From: Anthoceros angustus
Lineage: Eukaryota > Plantae > Anthocerotophyta
Length of the DNA: 64,000 nucleotides
Direction: 5' to 3'
Assembly (NCBI GenBank): GCA_010909165.1
Contig: MU008170.1
Coordinates: 1,364,001 to 1,428,000 of the forward strand
In this document: piece after piece, positions 50,245-64,000 of the stretch
How positions within the stretch are numbered: position 1 is the stretch's first letter
How the letters are laid out: each line of letters opens with the position of its first letter
Position numbers and translations under genes: made by a program
Notes under the pieces: generated by a model
Databases searched by the model: none
Told to the model about the DNA's origin: nothing
Seen by the model: only the letters and a program-made list of their open reading frames with translations

Positions 50245-50623
50245 GGGTCTGTGGACTAGGGGACTAGCGGGCGCAATCGGTCGCTGCTTTTTGGTAAGGT
50301 CTGCTTTTCTAGGTTACGGATTCGATGTTTACGAGCAGTTGCAAAAATACAGATTTGTTCCCGGTTGAAGACTTTTGGTGTATTCGTTTTGGCGTACATC
50401 GGCGTCCTGTTCAGAAAACGATTAAAATTGATTTGAAGGATATCTACTACCGTACGCCAACCGGATGGCAGATTCAACCAGATTATTTCCGGGCAAGATT
50501 TTCGCACGTTTGCGTAGAAATTGGCTTCGCCACAGGCTGTTTTCAAAACTGGCTGTTCGACATGCAACACAAGCTTGCTACACGCGTGCGATCGTCGGGA
50601 AACACGCATGCCCTGCTTCGTTA

Positions 50624-52317
<1,694 letters not shown>

Positions 52318-53436
52318 GGTGCCGGAGGGTTGGAAGCAGGAGGCGGAGAGGGTAAGTGAGATGCGGCGGGACAGATGGCCTGGCTTTAAAGCTTGCAATC
52401 GCTGCACAGGAATGCAGTCACATCAGCATGCTGCATAACCGGTTCCGCACAAGAGGATGGTAAGCGAAATATATCACACTCTCTCACCTGCCCGCTTTGC
52501 GTTTCCAGAATCTGGATAATGTGGAATCGAGATTCGCACAACCTAGTAGCACAAAAGTTCATTTACTTTATCATCTCCTCCTTCTCAAAGTGCTAATTTC
52601 CTCCACTCCAGCCTCCAGCAAGTGTTTCTTCCTCCCCTATCTCTTATGGATCCGAATGGCAATCAACATAAGATGGTGCTTCTATCCTTGATTTTCTTTT
52701 CCTTCTTCTTCAGATTCGTCACCTTCTTCCCCCTCCTCGTCCTCGTCTTCCTCGTCTTCCTCTGCAGAAGAAGAAGGGGTCGATGGTTGAGACGAAGAGG
52801 AAGAATGCTTCGATTGAAATGTTTGTTTCTTTTGCTTAGAATACTTGGAGCGGTAAGAACGCATTTTCTTCCTGCATGTGAGAACTTTGCAGGCAAGCCT
52901 GATGGCTGCACACCAACACATGAATATCGATAGAGATGGATAACTTGAAAAGGAATGCTCCACAGCCAAACTTCTTGGATGTATCCACATGTATCCATGA
53001 CCCAAACTGACACGTGCGACGGTAGCTACCAGTTAAAAGCAGATGGTACCGGGAGGTTTCACGTCCTCGATATTTTCAAGCCTTGGGGATAATGTGGGTA
53101 ACTGCGGGAGAATGTGTTGTCTGGACAGAGGCACGTGTCGATAGGATACGACACCGATGGCCTTTTTATCCCTTCGCCTCGGGGTTCTTTGGTTACGGAG
53201 GCAGATTGGTTTTAACTAATTTCCGTACACGTTATATGAATTACGTTAAACTGGAACTGATTTCTTTTTCAAAGTCCATTAGCTTGATGATTCACGGGCA
53301 CGCAGCTCATCGCCTCTTCCCCGGATCCGGCAGCCCAAAAGCAGCTGTTCACTGGGCACAATGGCCTCCTGGTGAGAAAAAACTACGTGACCGACCAAAT
53401 GCTCATGACAGTAAAGGATTGAATAAGACCTGCTAC

Positions 53437-56400
53437 CTACTTGCACAGCGCACACTGCTGCCGTTGAAGGTCGTCGATAGCCTGCTTCCACTGCCATGCC
53501 TGCCCCTTGAGCTCTTCTAAGTTGTACCTTCTATTTGGCTGCAACCAACGAAAGCCAGCTCTCACTCTATCCTTCGAACTGATTTGTGGTCAAATTAATG
53601 GCCCTAGAACAGGGGCCATTGACGCTCATGCAATCCATACTGAGATTACCCTTGCTGCCTGGGCCTATTTTCCCCCTTTAGTACACCTGCTTTCCCATCA
53701 ATACGTGGGTACATTTCGCACAAACACCATGTACACCGGGTGTTGGAGATGCAAGCAGGACACCTGACCCGGTACCTGCCATCAGAACAGCACCTGTGAA
53801 GGAGATCCACTTACTGTTCGGATCGAGAACTTGAAAGCGTTTTCAACCCGCAGACTGAGATTGGCCGACCACTCTATCTCTCCCATCTGTATCATCTTCA
53901 CTGGGTCCACGTAAAACAACCTTGGCTTGTCTGTGAGCATCAGCTGTCTTTTCTTAGTGGAGAATCCTCGGTGCTTTTTCACCAGCGATGTTGCAATTAG
54001 TGTCTCACCAGGACTGAGGAAGTCCTGCCTAAGAGGAGGAGGCAGAGGATAGTCACATCAGGAGATCTGGTGCAAGAAGAGAAAAATGCCGTCTTAGTAG
54101 CAAACATGGACTAGAGCTGTGAGGCATGAAGAAACTAGGTGGCTGAACAGTAACCAGCAAGATGATCAATGGAGCGAGTACCTAAAGGCCATGGGGAATT
54201 TACCAGTGAGGCTTGTGACAGTCGTCCGATATTGTGGACCCCTGATGAAGATGTGAATTTGTTGATGACATGCGGTATGTGGATGTGCCCCCATCGCCAG
54301 CAAAAGGGGGGATAGCCTTCAAGCGACCAGCTATTTCTGAAACTGCATCCTTGTACAGCAATTCAGGAACAGAGCCTGAATGTGGCTGATAAACTGCCCC
54401 TTCACCGGAACTAGCTTTAAAGCTCTGGCTCACATCCTTGTACAGCGATTCAGGAGAAGAGACTGAACGTGGCCCACAAACTGCCCCTTTGTCAGAACTA
54501 GCATTAGAACCCTGGCTCACTGACGAACCTGGTGAAGCTGTAAAATCTGTTGGTTCAATCCTTCTTCCCACTCCCATGAGAGCAGCCTCCCACTGGGACA
54601 CATGTATACCATCATCAATGAACTCATCATCTGTAAAGTCTTCATCAAGCCCTTTGGACAGGTCATCCTGTCAAACACCAAGCAAAGCGATTCAGGCTAC
54701 TGGGTTGCTGCAACATTTGCAGGTCGCGTGGCTATGACAAAAAGATATGTTACTGGTTAGATCAGCTGTTTTAACCTTTGCAAGCACTGGTGGTGTTGCT
54801 TCCCTCACTCTTGACCAATCGATTCCATGGAAGAAAGGATGGCTCTTTAGAGCTGCATAGCCAAGAGGTCCTGCTCCGGGTCTCTTCTCTGGCACGAGAT
54901 CCTATTGAAGATGATAACCAGATTGAAGTAATTAGCTGAGAATGACTTGCGTCCGAGAAAAAGGACAAACATTTGCAAGGAGTCACCTTGCACTTAATAG
55001 GCATTACCAGTAGGCGATTGATCAAGTCCTTTGCGGCAGGCGGGAAGTGGGAGGGCATGTCGAATTGCCTGGCCATTACTTTCTGGAAGCACAAATACTC
55101 ACTGGCAGCTTTAAAGGGCGCCTTGCCTTCAAGCATTATGTAGATGACACAACCCAAAGCCCATAAGTCCGCTCTGTCCAAGAATGGCAAACCAGAATTA
55201 GCAGCATGCACAGCCCACAATCTGAGATACATATACATTGTGGCAACTGGTGAAGGGCATACCCAAGAGTCACTGGATGGGAATTCAGGACCTCTGGAGA
55301 GACATACTCGGCTGTACCGACAAAAGTGCCTTTCGGCTTCGCATCTGAAGCACACAAGCCCAAGCACTTAGACGAGACCCTGTAGCAGAGGTTGAACTAG
55401 CACAAGAATTGAGCGAAAGAAATACCGTCACTTTGCACAAAGACCCCATTTGGAAGAGGCTTCAGCATTTTGGCACTTCCAAAATCAATAACTTTCAAAT
55501 GCCCATCAGAGGTAAGTAGTATGTTTTCTGGCTGCAGACCAACACATGACAGCACGCTAGAACACAGAATTCAGCACGATTGCAGATGCCAGAAGAAACG
55601 TACAAATCGCGCATGAAAAAAACTCAACAAGTACCTTCACATCACGGTGAATTAGTCCTTGTTCATGAATATACTCAGCTGTACCGACAAAAGTGCCTTT
55701 CGGCTTCGCATCTGAAGCACACAAGCCCAAGCACTTAGACGAGACCCTGTAGCAGAGGTTGAACTAGCACAAGAATTGAGCGAAAGAAATACCGTCACTT
55801 TGCACAAAGACCCCATTTGGAAGAGGCTTCAGCATTTTGGCACTTCCAAAATCAATAACTTTCAAATGCCCATCAGAGGTAAGTAGTATGTTTTCTGGCT
55901 GCAGACCAACACATGACAGCACGCTAGAACACAGAATTCAGCACGATTGCAGATGCCAGAAGAAACGTACAAATCGCGCATGAAAAAAACTCAACAAGTA
56001 CCTTCACATCACGGTGAATTAGTCCTTGTTCATGAATATACTCCAGCACGTCCACAAGCTCAGCTGCATAGAAGCGAGCTTCATCTAGGGACAGACGTCC
56101 TTTCTGCGGGACCAAAACTCCTATCAAAACAGAAAGGGACAAGGAAACATTTTCTACACGTTCAATGTGCATCAGACGAAGGCAGACTCCAACCCAGTCG
56201 ACCCAGTAGCCACCAAACATCACGGCCCAGACGATTCTCCTAGAATTACTTGCTTCAGCAGTTACAGAATCCAACACAGCGTGGACCATACCAGCTGTAT
56301 CTGGCGGAAAAGCTCCCCGCCATCACAACATTCCATGCCCATATCTAAAGCAGTTGGGTCAAGGAAGAACAGGAGGCTCCACAGCAGGGGTAAGAAAGTG

Positions 56401-56834
56401 AGTGCCACTGAGGGCTGTCAGGCAAGGATACAAAGAGAGTCCGCATCCTGAAATGTGAACATGAGTCGAACAACACCAGGATGATCGAGAGAGTCCAAAA
56501 TCATCCGCTCCATTTTCACATAGTTGACCTTATTTTCCCTCAGTATGTGCTCCTTGTTCATGATCTTGAGGGCATAGTCTTGCCCTGTTTCCTTCAAAGT
56601 CGCTCGCAACACCTGAATCCACACGGTCACCGCAAAACATCAGAATGAAGAAGTACAAGGTTTGTCACAGCAGATGCTGCAGAGGAGGCAAGCGAGGATT
56701 ACCTGGGAGTAAGATCCGAGACCGTACATTTGTCCCCATCGGAAATTTCCAGGTTTGTAAGGCGCCTGTGGAGCACGGAAGGACTTGTTGTTCGTGTTGG
56801 CATTATTGCGAGAATCAGGGAGGGATGCAGCCAT
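53437..56834 (-). CDS. PDK1: 3-phosphoinositide-dependent kinase 1 with C-terminal PH domain and an internal 367-bp duplication (start codon approximate)
   Basis: [78 protein letters not shown]; PH domain [18 protein letters not shown]...AWQWKQAI. Confidence 0.95.
55304..56043. repeat. 367-bp direct tandem duplication inside PDK1
   Basis: 55304-55676 matches 55671-56043, with a 6-bp atactc microhomology at the junction and one g/a difference (55310/55677). Confidence 0.95.
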
Positions 56835-57507
56835 TGAAGGCGCCGGATTTGCTCCAATTTCCTCCAATTCTAACAGCGTCAAGCATGAGCTCTCCCTCAA
56901 TGCATCCTCCTCGCAATGCCAGGCGATTGATTCCTGGATTCCACAGCTTCCATTAAATCCTCTCACAGCGGTGACCTATTTTCGTGGACGCTTCCCGAAA
57001 ACAGACTTCCCACATAAATCTGAGGATGGCATGGGAGCAGCGCGGACGTCGCAACGCATGCAAGACCCGTTCGATTGATTAAGAGGAGGAGTCTCGGTTT
57101 CTGGTGCTCCGAAGCGTTTCACGCCCCAAGGGCGCGGACCTGCTCCCTCAACAAGCAGGAGGAGCCGGATTTACGCTTAGGGCGCATTTAGAGGTGCCCA
57201 AGTTTGTCAGTGAAGCCAGAAGCAAAACAAGGGCGAATTTAGAGGTTGGTGACCAAGGTGTGCCAGTGAAGCTAGAGTACACGAGCTTTACAAATGCGCC
57301 TCAGAACAAAGATAAATCGAGCACAATCTCAGGAGACCACTAAACCTACAATATGTGATTCTCGTCTTTGAGATGTAGTTCACTAGGGGACTGTACCCAG
57401 ATTGTGTGTGGCTATGGGATGCTGGCTACGGATGCCGGCAAGAGGACGATTGATGGCGGTCCAAGACACGTTTCAAGCGGCTCGGCAGGGTTCAAAGCTT
57501 GAGCGCG

Positions 57508-57764
57508 GGTACAGGTTTCTGAGACAAAGGGATGGCTGCAATTCCATGAGAAGCAAACACAATCGTCATGTGTACATACAGAGCTGACAGACTGGACCTT
57601 ACTGAAAAGCCACACTGACCAGGATCACATCCGCCAGGTACAGGTTTCAGAGACAAAGGGATGGCTGCAATTCCATGAGAAGCAAACTCAATCGTCATGT
57701 GTACATACAGAGCTGACAGACTGGACCTTACTGAAAAGCCACACTGACCAGGATCACATCCACC
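57508..57764. repeat. 129-bp tandem duplication
   Basis: ggtacaggtttc.gagacaaagggatggc...ggatcacatcc at 57508 and 57637, with about 3 mismatches. Confidence 0.93.
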
Positions 57765-58349
57765 CTCCAAACCATGGAGGCATAAGCCTGGACTCCCAAG
57801 AACAGGAGTTGAATCGTGGTTACCTAGACAATGCATTCCGCAGTACAGAGCCCTTGGCCATTTCTTCGTCCACAGCTGGAAAAGAAAACGACAAATTGTT
57901 GATACTTAACCAGTAGCCTAGACTCCACTTGTTCATCTCCTTGACGTTGATGTGTTTTCAAGCTGGCCCGCACCATCGTTCCTTCCCTGACCGTCTGGTT
58001 CGTGGGGTGTTCCAAACCCGCCTTTGAATCTTCAGTGAGGAAGAGCTGCAAGAAACAGGAATCTTGGAATTGTTGAACTGCCAGGTTGGACGGATATCTC
58101 GTCACTCAGGACAACCCTGCTCAAGTTTCTGCACCTCACCATATCAAGGACTACGGGATGTTTCTGCCCTCCTGACAACCCAGCCATGAATCTGTACCTT
58201 CATGAAATCAAAGACTCGTACACAGACACTGCAACGGGATTTTACGGAAAGCTAAACTTACTGAGTGTGGGAGCTGAGCTGCGTGAACACGCACAGACCT
58301 GGTACGCGGACTGTTCTGGAAGAGAATGTAGATTGTATGAAGGTATGTA

Positions 58350-60080
58350 CTAGTGTACAGCTGCTGCGCATACTTCGTTGGGCGGTGGGGCATCCCAAAT
58401 TTCCCAGTCGGCCTTGAAGGCCTCCATGTCACGCACACAACGGCGTGGTGATCTACTGTACAACTGGCGCCTGATTTGCGAGCTATCATAACCCACAACC
58501 TCATCGTAGATTGGCTCCCAATCTGAGCCCCATTCTCTACTTGCATCACACAGCTGCAACTCAGACTCGGACGATGAGTTGAAGGGCCCCAGCCAGGACT
58601 CGAGCGGTGCCGCTTTAGTTACCAGCACCTCGGCAGCTTTGCCCCTGAGCTTGGGAGTGCAAGGCCTGCATTTGACTCCATTCAGGGGTCCTCTGCTCAG
58701 AATGGAGGCCACCGGCAAAGTTCTCTTGTAGTCTGTTGGAGGCCACACATACTTCCTCCGGCTCAGCACACAGAAAGGCAACTGCTGGAGATGGTATGAT
58801 ATATTGGACACTACGAGCTGCATCTTGAAAGCCGACTCCGAGTTGAGCTTGGAGTAGCCGTAGGCACGGAGAATCGGCAGCATACTCAGTCGTGCCAGAG
58901 CGACTTCACTGGTTCTCCACGTGCCCATCCCAAACCTGTCATTCAAGCCACCGAACTGGCAGCCGTGGGGCACTGTGTACACCTGAGGATCGAAGGCACT
59001 GACTGGTGGAACTGGGTTGCTCCAGAATGTGTCCACCCTCGTCCTCATTATCCAATCGTACGTAATGTTGTGCCTCCTTTCGTGCCCCTTGATCATGTCG
59101 ATGCAGCCTTCCACCAGAGCGAAGTACCGCAATAGGCCCTGTCCATACAATCCAGTGCCAGGCATGAGCAAACGGGAAGCTTGCACATCTTCTGGCAGGA
59201 TCAATGCCTACTTGAAGGTGGTATGCTTGCTCGTAATCAAACCTGAAATTTGCTCACATTCATGAGCACCAAGACTATTCTACCACAATCCTGCACTAAC
59301 ACACCGACCATGGTTCATAAGTTTTGCTCACCTCAAGGCCCTTGGGAGAGCTGGCGCTCGTAAGCAATCCTTCAGGGGCCCGACCACGAGGAATTTGAGC
59401 AGGATCAAACAGGCGAACAGCGGCCAAGTTCTTAGCTCCCCCCAAAACAGTGAATTTGTGAGAATCCTTGTCCAGAGGTGAGTGGAGGAAGACGTGAGCG
59501 TCAGAGTACACATCCAGGACGTATTTTTTTATTGTTGGGCCAGTGAGCTCAAACGATCGAGCTCCACCAACAAGACAGATAGCCACAAGAGGCCCTCCCG
59601 CCACCACCTGCGGATATCACAGATCCAGGTCACCTTGTAAGCACCTTGGCCAGCTATCTGATGCCACAAATCCTTAACACGAAAACACTACCCTGAAGAA
59701 TCCCTGCGCACCTGCCCCTTCTCCCGCTGTAATGAGGTGCGCGAATCCGAGGCTTCTCCCTCCCCTTCATCTTCAACCTGCAGTGGTGAAGAAAATTTGT
59801 CCCAATCCAACGGATTCGAATCAGGATCGGGCTCCGGATCCTGTGGGTCGCAGGAACTCGAGACATCAACGCCATGACTGGCCACTCGCTGATCACAAGG
59901 TTGCTCACAAGAATGACAGGAGCTAGAGGTCGCAACAGTGTGGGGCTCCCAGGCGGTGAGAGGCAAGGTGACGAGGCGGAATTCCAGGTAGGGGTACAGA
60001 GTGAAAAAAAGGCCGAGAATCAGCAGCAGTGTGCAAGAAGAGAGCAGTCGACGGCCCCTTCGCTGAGCCTGGGCTTCCAT
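58350..60080 (-). CDS. Type II membrane protein of a conserved plant family, glycosyltransferase-like
   Basis: MEAQAQRRGRR plus TM helix, stem region, then VAICLVGGARSFELTGPTI, FLHSPLDKD, GLLRYFALVEGC, YDWIMRTRVDTFW, GGLNDRFGMG, LNSESAFK, GPLNGVKCRPC. Confidence 0.8.
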
Positions 60081-60927
60081 GGCCTGCTCCAAGCTTGCAT
60101 CCAGACTAGAAAAGACGTCATGCAAGGCAAGCTGCTACCACACTTCGACAATCCCAGCAAGATCACACTCCCTATTCCCGCTCTGCCAGCCCCGACAGAG
60201 CCGGGAGGGAACGCATCCGGAGGCAGGGCCGTCGGGAGCGCCAGCTTCCGAACGCCCTCAATGCAGTCCCGGCTCGCACTGTTGCCTGGGCGACGTGCGG
60301 GCAGGCTGGAAAGCTTACCGCCCGCCCACTCTGGCCCAACCAACAGCGCCATCCGAGACAGGCGCGCTTCAGGAAGGTGGAATGTCTATCAGTAGGCTGT
60401 TCGGACGACCCTACTGGCATCCTCGTCACACGACTGCTGTGGAGGCAGCACGCCACCCGGCAGGTGGGGCCGTCCAGTCTAAATTAAAACTGAACTAATC
60501 CACGATTCATGGACTGCAGTACGTGTGACCCTCACCTTCAACTTCCCATCCGGCCAACCTGCAGAGCTTCGGAGTTCGGAGTTGAGCGACATGTGCAAGC
60601 ATGTGCTTGTAGAAGATCATCCCCTACAGCTCTGTTCATCGACAACAATACGTACCGGATTATCCACACTCCCACTTCCACCACCGTCGCCACGAAATTG
60701 CCCAGCGCCATCTTCACGTCAGGATTCTTCCCTCCCTAACGCTACTGTTCGAGGGCTTGGAAATCTGCAGGCAATGCTTGATGATACGTTCCAATCGCTT
60801 CGCTATCCAGCTTCCGTGTACGTGCGATGCGAGAGCCAGTGAAACCATGGTTACTCTTCCCAGCTCAATGCGTTACAGAGTACAATGTGCAGACGCGCTT
60901 CATCAACCTGTCCAGAGTGAGCTGCCG

Positions 60928-61665
60928 CTACTGCAGCCAGTAGCCGGACAGGAAGAGAGCGAAGAAGAAGAGCAAGGAGCCGTAGATGAGGATGCTCTTC
61001 TGGCCCGAGGTGAGGGAGTTGGCTCCCAGCCCGTAGTTTTGGTTTTGCGCAAATCCTGCCACCTCGATGCTCTTGCTACTGAAGTAGCTCCTTGCAGCGC
61101 CGCACGTAGGGCACCTCCAATCCTCGGGCAAGTCCTGGAAGCTGGTCCCCGCTGCAACCGGGTACACCGCGTCTCCAGATCCTTGCTCGTAGGTGTAGCC
61201 GCAGGACCGGCACTCGAAGACGCCTGAATTGAGAACAGCGTACCTCTCCTCCAAACCTTCCACAACAGTCGTTTGAAGCAAAATCTCAAACAAGCCTTAG
61301 AGACTGCAGAAACAAAATATGCAAGAGACTACTGCAGACACACTATGTGCGGAAGACGGCAGACAGACTGATGTGGAGCGAAATTACTCACCGGTGCGCC
61401 GGGCAGACAAGCTCGGAGAAGCCAGATCGTCATCTTCCACAGAGCCGCGGCTTCTGGACTGCTCCTTCGAATCGGCATCTAAGCAGAGGCCACGAACTGG
61501 TGCTGCTGCCGCACGTTTTTGCAATCTTCCCTTCATGCTTGAAGACGGCACGCCTCTGGGAAGCGCAATGTGGCAACCAATCCGCGCAACCTTCTGTGCT
61601 CCTGCTTGTGAGTGCAATAGCGAATTCGGGAAGACACAGCCATGGAGAGCACAGGCCGATGGCAT
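60928..61665 (-). CDS. RBD1: Thylakoid rubredoxin (PSII assembly factor); exons 61665-61392 and 61256-60928
   Basis: Transit peptide, then FECRSCGYTY...LPEDWRCPTCGA, EVAGFAQNQNYGLGANSLTSGQKSILIYGSLLFFFALFLSGY. Confidence 0.93.
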
Positions 61666-62912
61666 CTTGGCTGAAATGCTGCGGAGATTGTGGACGGTGA
61701 AGGCAGCTTCTCGAGGCAGAAATGGCGGCTGCTGCAGCAGCAGCAGCTGCGAGCACAGGCCGCAGCATCCCTGCTCAAGATTCGCATACTTTGTTCGCAG
61801 TGCCCCTCCCAAGTGTCACTGGCTGCGGAAACCTCACCTCGTTGTGGCCAACCTTTAAATATTGCTTAGGCAGGCATAACGGAATGCGATTCAAAGCCTC
61901 CAAGTTATCCCTTCAATTCTCGGCCTCGGCGCGCCAGGCCAGCTCCAGCTTCAAACGGCAGGTAGCTTCTACACAAAGGACATGGGATATGCTTCCCAAA
62001 GCATGTGGGACATTCGTTTGCTCAGCTTATGGGATGGACAACAAACAGCATAAGGACGTGGGATGGACGGTGTGGTGGGTCCCACATGCTTGAGGAAGCG
62101 TCCCACATGCGATGTTAGTTTGAGTGGAGATTTGTGTGGCTCAGCTTTGCTTGGCTAACAAGGCCACAGCAGTGCGATGTTAGTTTGTTGGAGATTTCTG
62201 TGGCTCAGCTTCTGTTGGCAAGCAAGGACATCATTGTGTGTTTGCGCATCAGCGGAATGCGTTTCCTCCTTGTTACTGCGGCTTCTCTCCAGTTGATTGG
62301 GCATCTGATAGGTGCTACAATTCGGGCATGATCAATTTTGCTCTGAAGTTGGGCCAACAGCTGACGCGCAGGTTCCAGCGGCAAGGGAAAGGAAGCTATC
62401 ACTGGCCGCGCATTTCTGCATGATCGAAGCGTCGCGATTCAGGGATGCCGCAGACCTACACTCCGAGCTTCCAGATATGGTGTTGTGCTTACAGGCCCAG
62501 GCCGATTCTCATCATCTGTCGCATGTCTGGCCTGTCACTTCAGCGGAGCAAACCCTCTCGTTCTGGGGGACGCTTTGTTGTGTGAGAGTACGGGGCTGAT
62601 AGAGCTGTGAAAGGGAAGTTTAGCATTCGCATGAGAGTGATGTGAACGCGGCATGCAAGAATGCAATCTTCGGCTTCACCGTACTACTGCTACGGGCTAG
62701 GTCAGGGACGGTGTTGAGGAGGATGTTCTTCACGCTCCTGATGCTTTTGCAGTCCCTCCTGAATTCTGGCCTGGGGAAATGTCTGTACTCGGAGGTTTGG
62801 TTCTCTGCGTCAACGCCAGTCTGTGAAGGAAAGTGGGTCGCCATGTGGAGTTTGTCTTGCTGCGGACTGCAATGCTTCTGAGCTTCACTCTCCCCAGACG
62901 ACAAGGGCCAAG

Positions 62913-64000
62913 ATGGAAGCTCCTGAAGGAGCTGCTAAGGACAACTTATTTCTGTCCCTGGTGGAAAGAATTGTGCCTGGCTTGGTTCTGTCCGGTCCTT
63001 CATCCTCCCTTAAAGCGGACACGCCTGGAACAGCTCAACAGCCTTCGTCAAAGGACACCAGTGTAGATGTGGAAGCAGCGAAACTTGAAGAGCCCATGGA
63101 AGACCGTCCCCGTGTTCGTTTTTTAGGAGGTGCGTGTACTCCGGCTTGAGTCGCTTGGTCCTGCTGGTGGCTGTGATGGGCAAGCAGGCTTGAGCATGGC
63201 ACGTGCAAGGTCAAGAATTCTCAATTGACGTCTACAAGAGAGCTAGCTGCATATCTGACCTGTCAATACTTGTAGGACCACTCGACAAATGGGCGTTCTC
63301 ATTGTTGTGTGCCTAATGTATTTCCTTTTCTTGTCTACGACCTAACAGTGGAGGCTTCTGAAAGTAAGACTTCGCCCAGTTCTACAAAGGGGGGTGTCGA
63401 AACGAGGCCCATGAGCAAACTGCGGAGATCACTGTCAGATGAGCTTTTCAACGAACGCATGGAGCAAACGTACAGGGAGACGAAGGTAACTAGGTGATGT
63501 CTCATGAGGCAGTGTCAATGCACTGTTTCTGGCAATTTTCTCACTGGTGTGTTTGGCATATCAGGAGCTGTCCCATTGGAAAACTCTTTTGTATGCATAC
63601 CAGACTCTTGGAGTGGTGTATGGTGATCTTGGAACTTCGCCACTGTATGTTTACCCTACTATAACCTTCAAGCATCCTCCCAACGAAGCAGACTATCTCG
63701 GAATTCTAAGCCTCATCTTCTGGACCCTGACACTGGTCGGAGTTCTCAAGTACACATTCATTGTGCTGGATGCAGATGACCATGGAGAAGGTGTCTTTCA
63801 GCCTCGTTTTGGCTTGTTTCAACAGATTGATCCTCCCCTCCTCCCCACCCACCCCTCCCCACTGGAGGTATCTTCTAACCCGTTCGATGGTTGTGCAGGT
63901 GGAACTTTCGCCCTGTATTCCTTCTTATGTCAGCATGTGGATGTTGGCCGGCAGGTTGATAAGCATTACAAACGACTTGACTCTGATAAGAAGCTTTCCT
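62913..64000 (+). CDS. KUP/HAK/KT potassium transporter, 5' part (runs off the window end)
   Basis: [49 protein letters not shown]|GTFALYS. Confidence 0.95.

Noticed and set aside
52560-53013. Short acidic ORFs between TPI and PDK1
   Set aside because: Stop-interrupted and low complexity with no recognisable domain; probably a decayed fragment.

Overview
Eukaryotic, gene-dense land-plant nuclear DNA. Coding regions are GC-rich, GT-AG introns are very short (mostly 50-100 nt) and intergenic spacing is small. This fits a compact lycophyte (Selaginella-like) genome, which is an inference. By hand translation and splicing I recognise, in order: the 3' end of MCCB, an intronless U-box/ARM E3 ligase, prohibitin, a small orphan membrane protein, a PIP2 aquaporin, an F-box pseudogene, PIG-L, two tandem purH (AICARFT/IMPCH) copies, an ankyrin-TPR protein, a plastid-type helical protein, MinD1, IRE1, ACINUS, cytosolic TPI, PDK1, a type II membrane glycosyltransferase-like protein, rubredoxin RBD1 and the 5' part of a KUP/HAK K+ transporter. 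AT-rich, probably transposon-derived blocks lie between them. The most unusual signals are: (i) a 2.03-kb tandem duplication that joins the PIG-L promoter and membrane-anchor exon to a purH copy lacking its transit peptide; (ii) a 367-bp duplication in PDK1 that repeats the HRD-DFG-activation segment in frame; (iii) a PIP2 with no cysteines; (iv) three tandem 27-nt AG/GT-flanked micro-exon-like units; (v) a candidate RRLL-processed Cys-rich peptide. The duplications could be long-read assembly artefacts and need read-level checks. I found no rRNA, tRNA or CRISPR.
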